Origin: Atribacterota bacterium
GTDB taxonomy: Bacteria; Atribacterota; Phoenicimicrobiia; Phoenicimicrobiales; Phoenicimicrobiaceae
Reading direction: 5' to 3'
DNA: 35,813 bases
Assembly: GCA_030666935.1 (NCBI GenBank)
Contig: DAOUWX010000002.1
Span: 1-35,813 of the forward strand
This document shows positions 1 through 8,996 of this stretch, piece by piece (within the stretch, counting starts at the first letter, position 1; every line of letters begins with the position of its first letter). Under the pieces are notes generated by a model, which was not told the DNA's origin, made no database searches, and saw only the letters and a program-made list of their open reading frames with translations. The position numbers were made by a program, and so were the translations under genes.

Positions 1-918
1 AGAAAAGAGGAATTTATCGGGCTTACTGCGCCAAATACGGGTGACCAATATGAACTTATGAAAAAAGTAGCCCAGACGGGGGTAATGATAGGTTTTCACG
101 CAGAAAACAATGATATGATAAATAAAAATATTGCACGCTTAAGAAGTGAAGGTAAAATCTCTCCCATATATCACGGCAGGTCCCGACCCCCGGTAGCAGA
201 GATAGAAACAGCTTCTAAAATTTTACTCTTTGCCGAAAAGACCGGAGCGAGGGTTGAAATGTGCCACATTAGCACTCCGGAAGTAGTAAAATTAGTAAAT
301 AAGGCTAAATGTAAAGGGGTATATGCTATTGCGGAAACTTGTCCTCATTACTTATTCCTTAATGAGAATGCTCTTAATAAAGTAGGAGTATTTGCCAAGT
401 GCAACCCTCCTTTAAGGAGCGAAAAAGAGCGGCAGGGTATGTGGGGAATGGTAAATAATGGAAGTATTGATATTATTGGAAGCGACCACGCACCATATAC
501 CAAAGAAGAAAAAGCAAGAGGAAGTGAAGATATATTTACTCCCCCGGCAGGATTTCCGGGTTTATCCACCAGATTACCCCTGCTTTTCACTGCAGTAAAG
601 GAAGGAAAAATGGAATTAGATAGAATGGTTAAACTTGTCTGCGAGAATCCTGCTAAAATATTTGGTCTGTTTCCTAAAAAAGGCACTATTGCTCTCGGTT
701 CAGATGCAGATTTTGTAATCTTCGATCCTGACAAAAAAGATGTTATTTCCAAAAATAAAATGTTCACCAAATGTAGAGACAGCGCCCTGGTATATGATGG
801 ATGGGAAGTTTACGGAAAACCGGAAATGACCATAGTTAGAGGGAAAGTGGTTTTTGATGATGGGAAAATAACTGTTTCTCCGGGATACGGAGAGATTATA
901 AAAGTATACAAAAGTTAA
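1..918 (+). CDS. Cyclic amidohydrolase (dihydroorotase / allantoinase / hydantoinase superfamily), C-terminal ~305 aa; 5' end off-window
   Basis: Frame 1 is open from nt 1, with no stop before the tracked Met at 58. 'IIGSDHAPYTKEEK' and 'GSDADFVIFDP' are typical of this metallo-amidohydrolase superfamily. The subfamily cannot be resolved from the C-terminus alone. Confidence 0.8.
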   Translation, partial: RKEEFIGLTAPNTGDQYELMKKVAQTGVMIGFHAENNDMINKNIARLRSEGKISPIYHGRSRPPVAEIETASKILLFAEKTGARVEMCHISTPEVVKLVNKAKCKGVYAIAETCPHYLFLNENALNKVGVFAKCNPPLRSEKERQGMWGMVNNGSIDIIGSDHAPYTKEEKARGSEDIFTPPAGFPGLSTRLPLLFTAVKEGKMELDRMVKLVCENPAKIFGLFPKKGTIALGSDADFVIFDPDKKDVISKNKMFTKCRDSALVYDGWEVYGKPEMTIVRGKVVFDDGKITVSPGYGEIIKVYKS

Positions 919-1045
919 TGATTTTGCATATTCTTAATTGAAGATTTATAGAAAACAAACATATATAAAGCAATATAACTTTATAAAACTTATATTATCA
1001 TCCCATGAATCTGCATTAATTTAAAAGATAAGTGAGGGTAAATCT

Positions 1046-2884
1046 ATGGACAAAATAAATTTACGGAAATTAGAAGAACTAAATAATCAGCATGTTATAA
1101 AAGTAGTAGAAGAAGCTATCCAGCTTTGCAAGCCGGCAAAAGTAGTTGTGATAACTGATTCAAAAGAGGATATTGCCTATGTGAGAGAATTAGCTTTGAT
1201 TAATGGTGAAGAAGCGAAATTAAAGATGGAAGGCCATACCATTCACTTTGATGGTTATTATGATCAAGGAAGAGATAAAGCTAATACCAAGTACTTGTTG
1301 TCTAAAGATGTAGATTGGGGGATAAAGGTAAATTCAATAGAAAAAGAAAAAGGACTAAAAGAAATATGTTCTTTCCTTGATGGCAGTATGGCCGGGAAAG
1401 AAATGTTGGTAAGATTTTTTTCTCTCGGTCCAACTAATTCGATATTTTCCTTAAAAGCCCTCCAGATTACCGATTCTGCATATGTAGCTCATAGTGAAGA
1501 CATCCTCTATCGGCCAGCTTATGAAGAATTTAAAAAACTTAATGGTTCTCCGGATTTCTTTTTCTTCCTCCACTCTGCCGGAAGGTTAAAAAATGGAGTT
1601 AGCGTAGATATAGATAAACGGAGGATTTATATCGACCTTGAAGAAAACAGAGTTTATTCGGTAAATAACCAGTATGCCGGTAACTCTCTGGGATTAAAAA
1701 AATTAGCCTTTAGGTTAGCTATCAATAAAGCTCAAAGAGAAGGATGGTTAGCTGAGCATATGTTTATAATGGGTGTTCATGGTCCAAATAGTCGGGTTAC
1801 TTATTTTACCGGGGCTTATCCCAGTGCCTGTGGTAAGACCAGCACTGCCATGATTCCCGGCCAGACCGTAGTTGGTGATGATATCGCTTATCTTAGAAAA
1901 ATTGACGGGGTAATAAGGGCGGTAAATATGGAATCAGGCATATTTGGTATCATCCATAGTGTAAATTCAGAAAACGATCCCGTGATTTATCAGGCGTTAA
2001 CTACATCGGGTGAAGTTATCTTCTCTAATGTATTGATTAATAATGGAATCCCTTACTGGGAAGGGATGAAAAAGGATATCCCGGATACGGGGATTAATTT
2101 TTCAGGAGAATGGTTCAAAGGGAAAAAAGATTGCGAGGGCGAGGAAATTCCTTGTTCTCATAAGAATGCAAGATACACCCTCAAGTTAAACGAACTGAAA
2201 AATATTGATTCCAAGGCAGATGATCCTGGTGGGGTACCAGTACAAGCTATTTTCTATGGAGGGAGAGATTCTGATACTACCATACCTGTAGTGGAATCAC
2301 TTACCTGGGCACATGGTGTTTTTCTGGGGGCTACAGTCGAATCTGAAACCACTGCCGCAACCCTTGGTGCCCAAGGGGTGAGGAAATACAATCCCATGGC
2401 CAATCTTGATTTTATTTCGGTGCCACTGGGAACTTATATAGAAAATCATCTAAATTTTACTAAAGATCTTAAGGTAATTCCCAAAATTTATGCCACTAAT
2501 TATTTTTTAAAGGACGAATCTGGCAATTATTTAAATAGTAAATTAGATAAAAAAGTATGGCTTCTCTGGGCAGAGGGGAGAGTTTATGGTGAATACAAAA
2601 CCATTGAAACTCCCGTTGGCCTAATACCAAAATACGAAGATTTAAAAACCTTATTCATCCGTGAGCTGGATAAAGATTATACTAAGGCTGAATATATACA
2701 GCAATTCTCCTTAAGGGTGGTAAAATACCTGGAGAAAATGGAAAGGATGAGAAAAATCTTTGAAAATATCCAGATGCCCGCAGCCTTTACCGAAGAACTA
2801 AAAGCACAAACCGAAAGATTAAAATATGTAAGGACAAAATTTGGAGAAGAGGCAATTTCTCCTTTTCAATTTTTAGATATATAA
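1046..2884 (+). CDS. pckG: Phosphoenolpyruvate carboxykinase (GTP-dependent)
   Basis: 612 aa with the 'YPSACGKTSTAM' P-loop/kinase-1a motif of GTP-PEPCKs. Length is typical and a GTGAGGG RBS lies just upstream. Confidence 0.88.
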   Translation: MDKINLRKLEELNNQHVIKVVEEAIQLCKPAKVVVITDSKEDIAYVRELALINGEEAKLKMEGHTIHFDGYYDQGRDKANTKYLLSKDVDWGIKVNSIEKEKGLKEICSFLDGSMAGKEMLVRFFSLGPTNSIFSLKALQITDSAYVAHSEDILYRPAYEEFKKLNGSPDFFFFLHSAGRLKNGVSVDIDKRRIYIDLEENRVYSVNNQYAGNSLGLKKLAFRLAINKAQREGWLAEHMFIMGVHGPNSRVTYFTGAYPSACGKTSTAMIPGQTVVGDDIAYLRKIDGVIRAVNMESGIFGIIHSVNSENDPVIYQALTTSGEVIFSNVLINNGIPYWEGMKKDIPDTGINFSGEWFKGKKDCEGEEIPCSHKNARYTLKLNELKNIDSKADDPGGVPVQAIFYGGRDSDTTIPVVESLTWAHGVFLGATVESETTAATLGAQGVRKYNPMANLDFISVPLGTYIENHLNFTKDLKVIPKIYATNYFLKDESGNYLNSKLDKKVWLLWAEGRVYGEYKTIETPVGLIPKYEDLKTLFIRELDKDYTKAEYIQQFSLRVVKYLEKMERMRKIFENIQMPAAFTEELKAQTERLKYVRTKFGEEAISPFQFLDI

Positions 2885-2950
2885 AATAAATCAAAAATAG
2901 ATTTTGGTATTTTAAAAACAACTACAGATAAAGAACAAATTTAATAAAGA

Positions 2951-2972
2951 GGGGTCGGATTCATCCGACCCC
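2951..2972. terminator. Perfect 9-bp GC-rich hairpin (GGGGTCGGA-TTCA-TCCGACCCC) between convergent pckG and the minus-strand HTH ORF; likely bidirectional terminator and best-preserved copy of a hairpin repeat family
   Basis: Read directly from the sequence. Lies 67 nt after the pckG stop and 17 nt after the minus-strand ORF stop. Diverged copies occur at 20921-20957 and 21913-21950. Confidence 0.6.
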
Positions 2973-2988
2973 TTCAAGAACTAACTTC

Positions 2989-3387
2989 CTATTTTTTCTT
3001 CTCCTTCTTCCACAAACTTGCTCTTTCCAAAATTTTCTGTACCCCACTTGGGCTAATTATTTTTTTACCATTATTTTCATTAAATATAACAGAAGCGATA
3101 GTTCGCCGTCCCCACAAAGGATGTTTCTTTTTTAATTCAATAATTCTATTCTTAAATTTTTCCTCAATTCTTTCTAACTGTTTATTAATATGGCTTTTTG
3201 GTTTTTTAATTCCTTCTAAACCGCTTTCTAAATAACGAGGATACCATCTACGAAAGGTATTAATAGCTACCCCGGCCTTACGACAGGATTGGTTAATATT
3301 ATGAGTCTCAAGATAAGTCTCAATCATTAATTTTCTCTGCAGAAAAGTAGTAATCCCACGATATTTTCTTCTTTCTTCATTTTTCAT
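2989..3387 (-). CDS. Stand-alone transposase-type N-terminal HTH protein (IS481 / IS3-OrfA-like architecture) without a DDE catalytic domain; IS remnant or domesticated regulator
   Basis: 132 aa. An HTH ('QSCRKAGVAINTFRRWYPRY') is followed by 'GLEGIKKPKSH...IIELKKKHPLWGRRTIASVI...SPSGVQKILERASLW', the layout of the N-terminal DNA-binding part of IS481-type integrases. The ORF stops where the rve/DDE domain would begin. It is the only minus-strand gene. Confidence 0.55.
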   Translation of the reverse strand: MKNEERRKYRGITTFLQRKLMIETYLETHNINQSCRKAGVAINTFRRWYPRYLESGLEGIKKPKSHINKQLERIEEKFKNRIIELKKKHPLWGRRTIASVIFNENNGKKIISPSGVQKILERASLWKKEKKK

Positions 3388-3465
3388 ATAATTATGCCTC
3401 TGAATAAGTATTTACTTTTTTATTTTAGAACTATTACAGCTACTAGTCAACGTCCGAGTAACCAT

Positions 3466-3523
3466 TAATTTAAAATATTTTCTAAAAAAGGAAGGATTTT
3501 TAAAATTTATGATAGTATTATAG
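3466..3523 (+). promoter_or_regulatory. Promoter-like AT-rich box with invariant core AAGGAAGGATTTTT (copy 1 of 3), ~110 nt upstream of the RraA-like gene
   Basis: TTAATTTAAAATATTTTCTAAAAAAGGAAGGATTTTTAAAATTTATGATAGTATTATAG aligns with 21996-22053 and 29743-29808. A TG-N3-4-TAT(T)AT element lies downstream of the core in all three copies. Confidence 0.35.
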
Positions 3524-3535
3524 AACATAGAATAG

Positions 3536-3559
3536 AAATATAAATTATAATTTATATTT
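3536..3559. promoter_or_regulatory. 24-bp perfect palindrome AAATATAAATTATAATTTATATTT; candidate operator upstream of the RraA-like gene
   Basis: Base-by-base check gives perfect dyad symmetry. Sits 45 nt upstream of the ATG at 3604, between the promoter-like box and the RBS. Confidence 0.35.
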
Positions 3560-3603
3560 TATATTTTATAAAACAGAATTTAAAAATAATTAGGAGGTTG
3601 TTT

Positions 3604-4275
3604 ATGGCGGATGTGATTACGAAAATTGAAAGGCCTGAGAAGAAAATATTGGTTCAGCTCGGAGAGATAGCACCCGCTAGTGCGTATGAGGCGCAAGGAA
3701 AGACAGGCGCGATGATGAGTGACATCAAGCCTATATATAGTGGTATGAAAATTTGCGGTCCAGCTATAACGGTGCAGTGTCATCCAGGGGACAATATTAT
3801 GCTACATAAGGCTATTGCCATCGCTCAACCTGGCGATATTATTGTAGCTTGTGTAAGTTATTCAGAGGCTGGGTATTGGGGGGAAGTTTTAACCGTTGCT
3901 GCCCAAGCTATAGGGGTTAGAGGATTGGTTATAGATGGAAGTGTCCGTGATGGGTTGGCTATTAAAAAACGTGGGTTCTCAGTATTTTCTCGAGGCCTAT
4001 GTATGAAAGGAACTGTGAAAGAAACAGTGGGTTTTATTAATTATCCTCTTGTATGTGGGAATGTTTTAATTAATCCAGGGGATATTATACTTGGGGATGA
4101 TGATGGAATAGTAGTTATCCCCAGAGAAAAAGCTCAAGAAACATTGAAGAAATCTCAGGATAGAGAGAAAAGTGAGCAGATGATGATGGAGAAGCTCACA
4201 TCGAGGGAATTAACAACTTTAGAATTATTGGGGCTTGATAAGGTATTAAAAGCAAAAGGGCTTCAAGAAGAGTAA
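3604..4275 (+). CDS. RraA-family protein (4-hydroxy-4-methyl-2-oxoglutarate aldolase / oxaloacetate decarboxylase-like)
   Basis: 'AYEAQGKTGAM', 'GDNIMLHKAI..AQPGDIIV', 'GYWGEVLT', 'GLVIDGSVRD' and 'GDDDGIVVIP' match the RraA/HMG-aldolase fold family. I place the start at ATG 3604, 6 nt after AGGAGG; the tracked TTG at 3598 abuts the RBS. Confidence 0.8.
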   Translation: MADVITKIERPEKKILVQLGEIAPASAYEAQGKTGAMMSDIKPIYSGMKICGPAITVQCHPGDNIMLHKAIAIAQPGDIIVACVSYSEAGYWGEVLTVAAQAIGVRGLVIDGSVRDGLAIKKRGFSVFSRGLCMKGTVKETVGFINYPLVCGNVLINPGDIILGDDDGIVVIPREKAQETLKKSQDREKSEQMMMEKLTSRELTTLELLGLDKVLKAKGLQEE

Positions 4276-4643
4276 TTCTGATAATTTATAATGATATCTC
4301 TTGTAATGTCATAAAGGCGATGACGCTAATTTTACAAGGGTTTATGCAATTTTCTTATTTAAAATTATAATAAAAAACATATAAGATGGCTCAAAAGATT
4401 TTTCCCATATTTTTTAAAAGAAAAAAAATAGATCGTAAGTAGTTAATAGGAGATTAGATTTCCTGATTTTGGAATGAGAAGGATTTATGAAAAATAGAAA
4501 ACAAGACAATGATAAACTTAGATAAGCTTACTTGCGAAGATATTATCAATTGAATGTTAATGATATGAAAGCTTAAAGTTTTATTCGGGAAGTGAATAGT
4601 ATTTAGATCCAGTTGAGTAAAAATAAGACAAGGAAGGAAAGAA

Positions 4644-5696
4644 TTGCCTGAAATGGAAATTAAGATAGAAGAACAAAAGTTAAGAATATTTTGTGAAAAT
4701 ATTTTAAAAAAATCTGGTTTACCCCAAGAAGACGCCTATATAGTTGCCGATTCTCTTATTTTTGCTAATTTAAAAGGAATAGATTCACATGGAATTATGA
4801 GATTTCCTTTTTATTTAGAAAGGTTAAAAAAAGGGGGAACTAAAGCTAATCCAAAAATAAAGAAGGTAAAAGAAAAAGCGGCATCAGCGTTACTTGATGG
4901 TGATAATGGAATGGGGCAAGTAATAGGTAAGTATGCTACAAAATTAGCTATAGAAAAGGCTAAGGAAGTAGGCATTTCTTTTGTAGGGATTAAAGGCAGT
5001 TCTCATTATGGAGTTGCGTCATATTATACTACAAAAATTGCTGAAGTTAATATGATTGGGTTTTCCGTAACTAATAATACTAATAATATGGCTGCATGGG
5101 GAGGATCAAAAGCGGTTATAGGAAATAATCCTCTTTCTATTGCTTGTCCATATAAAGACGGTAAACCAATAGTATTGGATATTTCTATGAGCAATGTAGC
5201 AGGAGGAAAAGTAAGATTAGCGGCAAAAAATGATCAAAATATCCCTAAAGGTTGGATAATAACTAGAAATGGAGAAGATACAGAGGATCCCAGTGATTTA
5301 CCTAAAGGAGGAGCTTTACTTCCTTTTGGAAATCATAAAGGTTATGGATTAGCAGTTATTATTGAAATTTTAGCTGGAGTGCTTACCGGTGCAGGAATGC
5401 TGAAGCAGATTCCATTATGGATTAAGAATGTTGTAGACCCCTTAAATGTGGGGCATTGTTTTGCTGCAATTGATATAGAGGCTTTTATAGATTTAAAAAG
5501 TTTTAAAGAAAGATTAGATTGGGTAGTCCAAGAACTTAAATCATCTCCTCTAGCCGAAGGATCTCATGGGATTTTTATGCCCGGAGAAATAGAATTAGAA
5601 GTTGAAAAGAAAAGAAGAAAAGAGGGAATTCCTATATCAGAAGAAATTTGGCAAGATTTAAGAAAGCTATCTGAGGATTACCAAGAATCTTTATAG
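4644..5696 (+). CDS. Ldh2-family NAD(P)H-dependent 2-hydroxyacid/ketoacid dehydrogenase (malate/L-lactate/sulfolactate/2,3-diketogulonate reductase family)
   Basis: 'HGIMRFPFYLERLKKGG', 'SSHYGVASYY', 'GNNPLSIA', 'GGKV' and 'FGNHKGYGLAVIIEILAG' are hallmarks of the Ldh_2 family. The TTG start lies 6 nt after AGGAAGG; ATG 4653 is an alternative. Confidence 0.82.
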   Translation: MPEMEIKIEEQKLRIFCENILKKSGLPQEDAYIVADSLIFANLKGIDSHGIMRFPFYLERLKKGGTKANPKIKKVKEKAASALLDGDNGMGQVIGKYATKLAIEKAKEVGISFVGIKGSSHYGVASYYTTKIAEVNMIGFSVTNNTNNMAAWGGSKAVIGNNPLSIACPYKDGKPIVLDISMSNVAGGKVRLAAKNDQNIPKGWIITRNGEDTEDPSDLPKGGALLPFGNHKGYGLAVIIEILAGVLTGAGMLKQIPLWIKNVVDPLNVGHCFAAIDIEAFIDLKSFKERLDWVVQELKSSPLAEGSHGIFMPGEIELEVEKKRRKEGIPISEEIWQDLRKLSEDYQESL

Positions 5697-5786
5697 AAAT
5701 TACATATTCGAGAAATAATGTTACAAAAGGAAAAAACTATTTTCATTTAAGTAGTATTTTCAGGTTACATAAAAGAGAAGTGATGA

Positions 5787-5963
5787 ATAAGGAATATTTT
5801 ATGGAAAATTTACGAAAATACCAAAGCAGATTTTATAAGAACTGTATTAGAAGGAATTGGATATTCTTTTTGGCATAATATTGAATTTCTGGTACAGGTG
5901 TCGAGCGAAGCTCGAAGAGTGGAAAAGGTGCCACGGACTTGTCCGTGGGATTTCCACAAATAA
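5787..5963 (+). pseudogene. Relic of an FGGY carbohydrate kinase (C-terminal domain fragment)
   Basis: The open frame translates to '..NTKADFIRTVLEGIGYSFWHNIEFL..'. This parallels 'TRSDIVRSILEGVAYGIREIMEIIEG' in the intact kinase at 9163-10671. A shifted frame just downstream reads 'EGGGKLFKIKF' (compare 'VGGGAKNDLWNQIKADV'). No start and no N-terminal domain. Confidence 0.6.
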
Positions 5964-6039
5964 GAAGGAGGTGGTAAGCTGTTTAAAATAAAATTTAATA
6001 AAAGCAAAAAAATAAAAAATTAGAAAGGAGTTTTGTAAA

Positions 6040-7056
6040 ATGAAAAATTCATCAAAAAAAGCATTAATCATTACATTTGTAGTAATTTTCTTGTTGACCA
6101 TGTTTGCAGTGATCAGCATTGCTGCAACAGAAGATACCATGTTAATTAGACTAGCTGTTGGCGACCCTATTCACTCATCTGTAGGTGTGACTGCGAAGCA
6201 TTTTGCTGAAAAAGTGTACGAAGATACAAATGGTCAGCTCAAAGTAGAGGTGTTTGCAGATGGTGTGTTGTTTGGTGGTGATCAAAACGCAGCTGTAAAT
6301 ATGGTTGAGGATGGATCTCTGGATGCAACTATTCTATCTACTTCTGTTTACGCATCATTTGAAAAACGCATGAATGCGATAAGTCTTCCTTATCTTTTTA
6401 AGGATTACGATGACTTTAAAAACTATCTGACAGGTGAACTAGGGAAAGAACTGCTGGCTTCCTTGGAAAAGTTTAATACAGTGGGTCTGGCGCTTATGAT
6501 TCGTACATTTAGAAATGTTACTAACTCTAAGCGACCGATATACACACCTAAAGATCTTAAGGGATTAAAGCTCCGTGTTCCCAATAACAAGCTTTGGGTG
6601 GAGTTCTTTGGCCCTCTTGGTGCTGATCCCACACCAATGGACTTTAAAGAAGTTTATACTGCCCTTCAGCTAAAAACCATTGATGGTCAGGAAAATCCGG
6701 TTGAAGTACCACTGGCGAATAAATTTTATGAAGTACAGGAATATCTTTCTTTAACTAATCACATTGCAGATGGGTATATCCTCGCTTTTAATCAAGACCT
6801 CTGGAAAAAACTTAATTCTGAAACACAGGAGATTGTACGCAGAGTGGCCGAAGAGACAGCTCAGTTTAAGCTTGAGTATGACCTAAGTGAGGAAGAGAAA
6901 ATTATCAAAGAGCTCGAAGCCAAAGGAATGAAAGTGAATCGATTGACTGCAGAGCAAAAAAACGCTTTTCAAGAAGAGGCTTTAAAATTGTATCCAAAAT
7001 TTGAGTCTTTGGTTGGCTCGGATTTTATGGAAAAGTCTATTAAATTTTTTAAATAA
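6040..7056 (+). CDS. dctP: TRAP transporter substrate-binding protein (DctP family), system 1
   Basis: Signal-anchor N-terminus. 'RTFRNVTNSKRPIYTPKDLKGLKLRVP' and 'DGQENP' are DctP-family motifs. Followed by dctQ and dctM. Confidence 0.9.
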   Translation: MKNSSKKALIITFVVIFLLTMFAVISIAATEDTMLIRLAVGDPIHSSVGVTAKHFAEKVYEDTNGQLKVEVFADGVLFGGDQNAAVNMVEDGSLDATILSTSVYASFEKRMNAISLPYLFKDYDDFKNYLTGELGKELLASLEKFNTVGLALMIRTFRNVTNSKRPIYTPKDLKGLKLRVPNNKLWVEFFGPLGADPTPMDFKEVYTALQLKTIDGQENPVEVPLANKFYEVQEYLSLTNHIADGYILAFNQDLWKKLNSETQEIVRRVAEETAQFKLEYDLSEEEKIIKELEAKGMKVNRLTAEQKNAFQEEALKLYPKFESLVGSDFMEKSIKFFK

Positions 7057-7203
7057 AAATAAAGATTAGCGTATAATTTTTTTTGGAAATGCACTGAGAA
7101 AAGTATTTCTTAAAGGTAAGTAAAAAAAAGATAAATGGTGAATGCCTCCTTCAATTATGAGTGTTGGAGGGGGCTTTCCCATTATAAGAGGGAGATTAAT
7201 GAT

Positions 7204-7710
7204 ATGCCCAAGCGAGGACTTTTGTGGGTTGTAGTCGATAAATTTATCTTTATTGGCGTTGCTGGTCTGTTTATTACAGTCTTATTACAAGTAACTACAC
7301 GATTATTAGGACAGTCTCTGCCGTGGACTGAAGAGCTAACACGTAACTTGTTTATATTAGTAGTTTTTCTTGGCATGGCATCAGGTTTTCGTTCAGCAGA
7401 GCATACTAGGATTACTTTTATGCTAAAACTGATCCCTAAGAAATTGAAAAAAATTCAATTATACATTTATTTTTTTGGTGATATTATATTCTTTGTACTG
7501 CTTGCGTATCAAGGTTTATTTTTGTCCCTAAGACAATTTAGAAATGGAGAGTTCTCCCCAGCTTTGGGGCTTCCAATGTATTTTGTTACGATTCCTATTT
7601 GTATCGGTGCTGTTTTAGCGATTATTGCTCTTGTACAGAGTGTTTTTATCGATAAATCTACACGACAACAATTGATGAATGAAGATGATCTTGGGAGTGA
7701 TGAGCTATGA
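7204..7710 (+). CDS. dctQ: TRAP transporter small permease (DctQ family), system 1
   Basis: Four predicted TM helices and ~170 aa. The ATG at 7204 is preceded by a GAGGGAG RBS; the tracked start at 7135 adds a non-hydrophobic extension with no RBS. The stop overlaps the dctM start (ATGA). Confidence 0.82.
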   Translation: MPKRGLLWVVVDKFIFIGVAGLFITVLLQVTTRLLGQSLPWTEELTRNLFILVVFLGMASGFRSAEHTRITFMLKLIPKKLKKIQLYIYFFGDIIFFVLLAYQGLFLSLRQFRNGEFSPALGLPMYFVTIPICIGAVLAIIALVQSVFIDKSTRQQLMNEDDLGSDEL

Positions 7711-8978
7711 GCATAATGTTGCTAGGTATATTTTTTATATTAAGTCTTTTGGGGGTTCCGCTGGCAATCTCACTTGGTCTTTCTATAGCCGTAACACTAG
7801 TAATGTTTGATCTCTCTATGGCAGTAATAGCACGCTTAATGTATACGTCTATGAATAGTTACTTGCTTGTTGCAATTCCTCTTTTTATTCTTGCAGGTGC
7901 TATTATGGAAAAGGGTGGGATTTCTAATTACATCTTTAATGCGGCTAATGCTGTTGTTGGGAGATGGCGTGGTGGCTTAGGACATGTGAATATTATAGCT
8001 AGTATGATTTTCGGCGGGATTTCCGGGTCATCGATTGCTGATGTGGCAAGCTTGGGGCTGTTAGAAATAAAGGCTATGACTGAACACAAATATCCTAAAC
8101 CTTATTCTGCGGCAGTTACAATGGTCACTTCTACATTAGCATCTATAGTACCACCCAGTATATTAATGATTATAGCTGCAGTCTCTGCCGAACAATCGGT
8201 AGGAAAGGCATTGGCAGGTGGTTTAGGCCCTGCAATGCTTCTCGTCTTAATGTTTATGGGACTGAATTACTTTCTATCTGTTAGAAATGGGTATGGTGAT
8301 TCTATAACGATGACAGCAAAAGAAATCCTATATTCAATTATTATCGCAATACCAGCACTTTTTTCACCTCTAATTGTTCTGGGAGGGATATTTCTTGGTT
8401 TTGTAACACCTACCGAGGGAGCCGCAGTGGCCGTTTTTTATACGCTTATAATATCATCATTTATTTACAGGCCAATATCGTGGAAAGAATTTTCTAAAAT
8501 GATAATAAAAACAGGAATAACGACAGGAACTATCCTTCTTATTGCCATGACTGCTTCTGTAGCTACTTACATTTTTACGATTGATCAGTTGCCGGCTAAG
8601 GTGAGTAATATAATTTTGTCTTTTTCACAAAATCCTAGAATAGTCTTACTCTTAATGGGAGCGGTATTTATCATTAGTGGTATGTTTATGGATATAATTG
8701 CGACAATACTTATAATTACCCCGGTTCTGATGCCTACTGCCGTTGCTGTAGGTGTAGACCCAATACACTTTGTTGTTTTTATGGTGGCTTCTTTGGCCAT
8801 TGGTCTTTCTACTCCGCCGGTAGGAGTGTGTTTGTTTACAACTTCAGTTATTTCTAATCTAAAAATTGAAAGGATTATAAAAGCTGCGGTTCCCTACTAT
8901 ATTATATTGTTTATTTTCGTAATAATTATTGCATTATTTCCAAATATTACGCTTTGGCCCGTAAAGTTGCTTATGTAG
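7707..8978 (+). CDS. dctM: TRAP transporter large permease (DctM family), system 1
   Basis: 423-aa polytopic membrane protein translationally coupled to dctQ, with 'GGISGSSIADVAS' and 'PPVGVCLF' DctM motifs. Confidence 0.9.
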   Translation: MSIMLLGIFFILSLLGVPLAISLGLSIAVTLVMFDLSMAVIARLMYTSMNSYLLVAIPLFILAGAIMEKGGISNYIFNAANAVVGRWRGGLGHVNIIASMIFGGISGSSIADVASLGLLEIKAMTEHKYPKPYSAAVTMVTSTLASIVPPSILMIIAAVSAEQSVGKALAGGLGPAMLLVLMFMGLNYFLSVRNGYGDSITMTAKEILYSIIIAIPALFSPLIVLGGIFLGFVTPTEGAAVAVFYTLIISSFIYRPISWKEFSKMIIKTGITTGTILLIAMTASVATYIFTIDQLPAKVSNIILSFSQNPRIVLLLMGAVFIISGMFMDIIATILIITPVLMPTAVAVGVDPIHFVVFMVASLAIGLSTPPVGVCLFTTSVISNLKIERIIKAAVPYYIILFIFVIIIALFPNITLWPVKLLM

Positions 8979-8996
8979 CCTAAAACAATAATTATT

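Noticed and set aside
348-770. Antisense ORFs nested inside the + strand genes. This one stands for the group: 6423-6632, 7182-7376, 8585-8800, 11093-11455, 14102-14335, 16532-16870, 17159-17576, 18928-19116, 19401-19668, 19969-20235, 20616-20933, 21336-21551, 22361-22591, 24177-24779, 27956-28156, 29243-29566, 29803-30219, 32068-32331, 33076-33587, 34269-34514 and 35423-35638.
   Set aside because: Each lies entirely or largely opposite a gene with strong family motifs. They have no RBS and low-complexity or Ser/Leu/Ile-rich translations with no recognisable domain. This is the typical shadow-ORF pattern.
3508-3522. Mini-ORFs downstream of the AAGGA in the promoter-like boxes (MIVL-stop here; a 14-codon ORF at 22039; a GTG at 29793) as leader peptides.
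   Set aside because: Lengths, sequences and frames are not conserved between the three copies, and the spacing from AAGGA is poor for an RBS.
4276-4643. 368-nt spacer between the RraA-like and Ldh2 genes as a site of an sRNA, riboswitch or small gene.
   Set aside because: It contains only an 18-codon ORF without an RBS and a short nested hairpin (CTTGTAA-TGTCAT...ATGACG...TTACAAG) without a U-tail. Nothing can be supported without covariation or expression data.
5810-6140. Two overlapping minus-strand ORFs (65 and 97 aa) upstream of dctP-1.
   Set aside because: They overlap the + strand FGGY kinase relic and the dctP start, and their low-complexity translations have no RBS.
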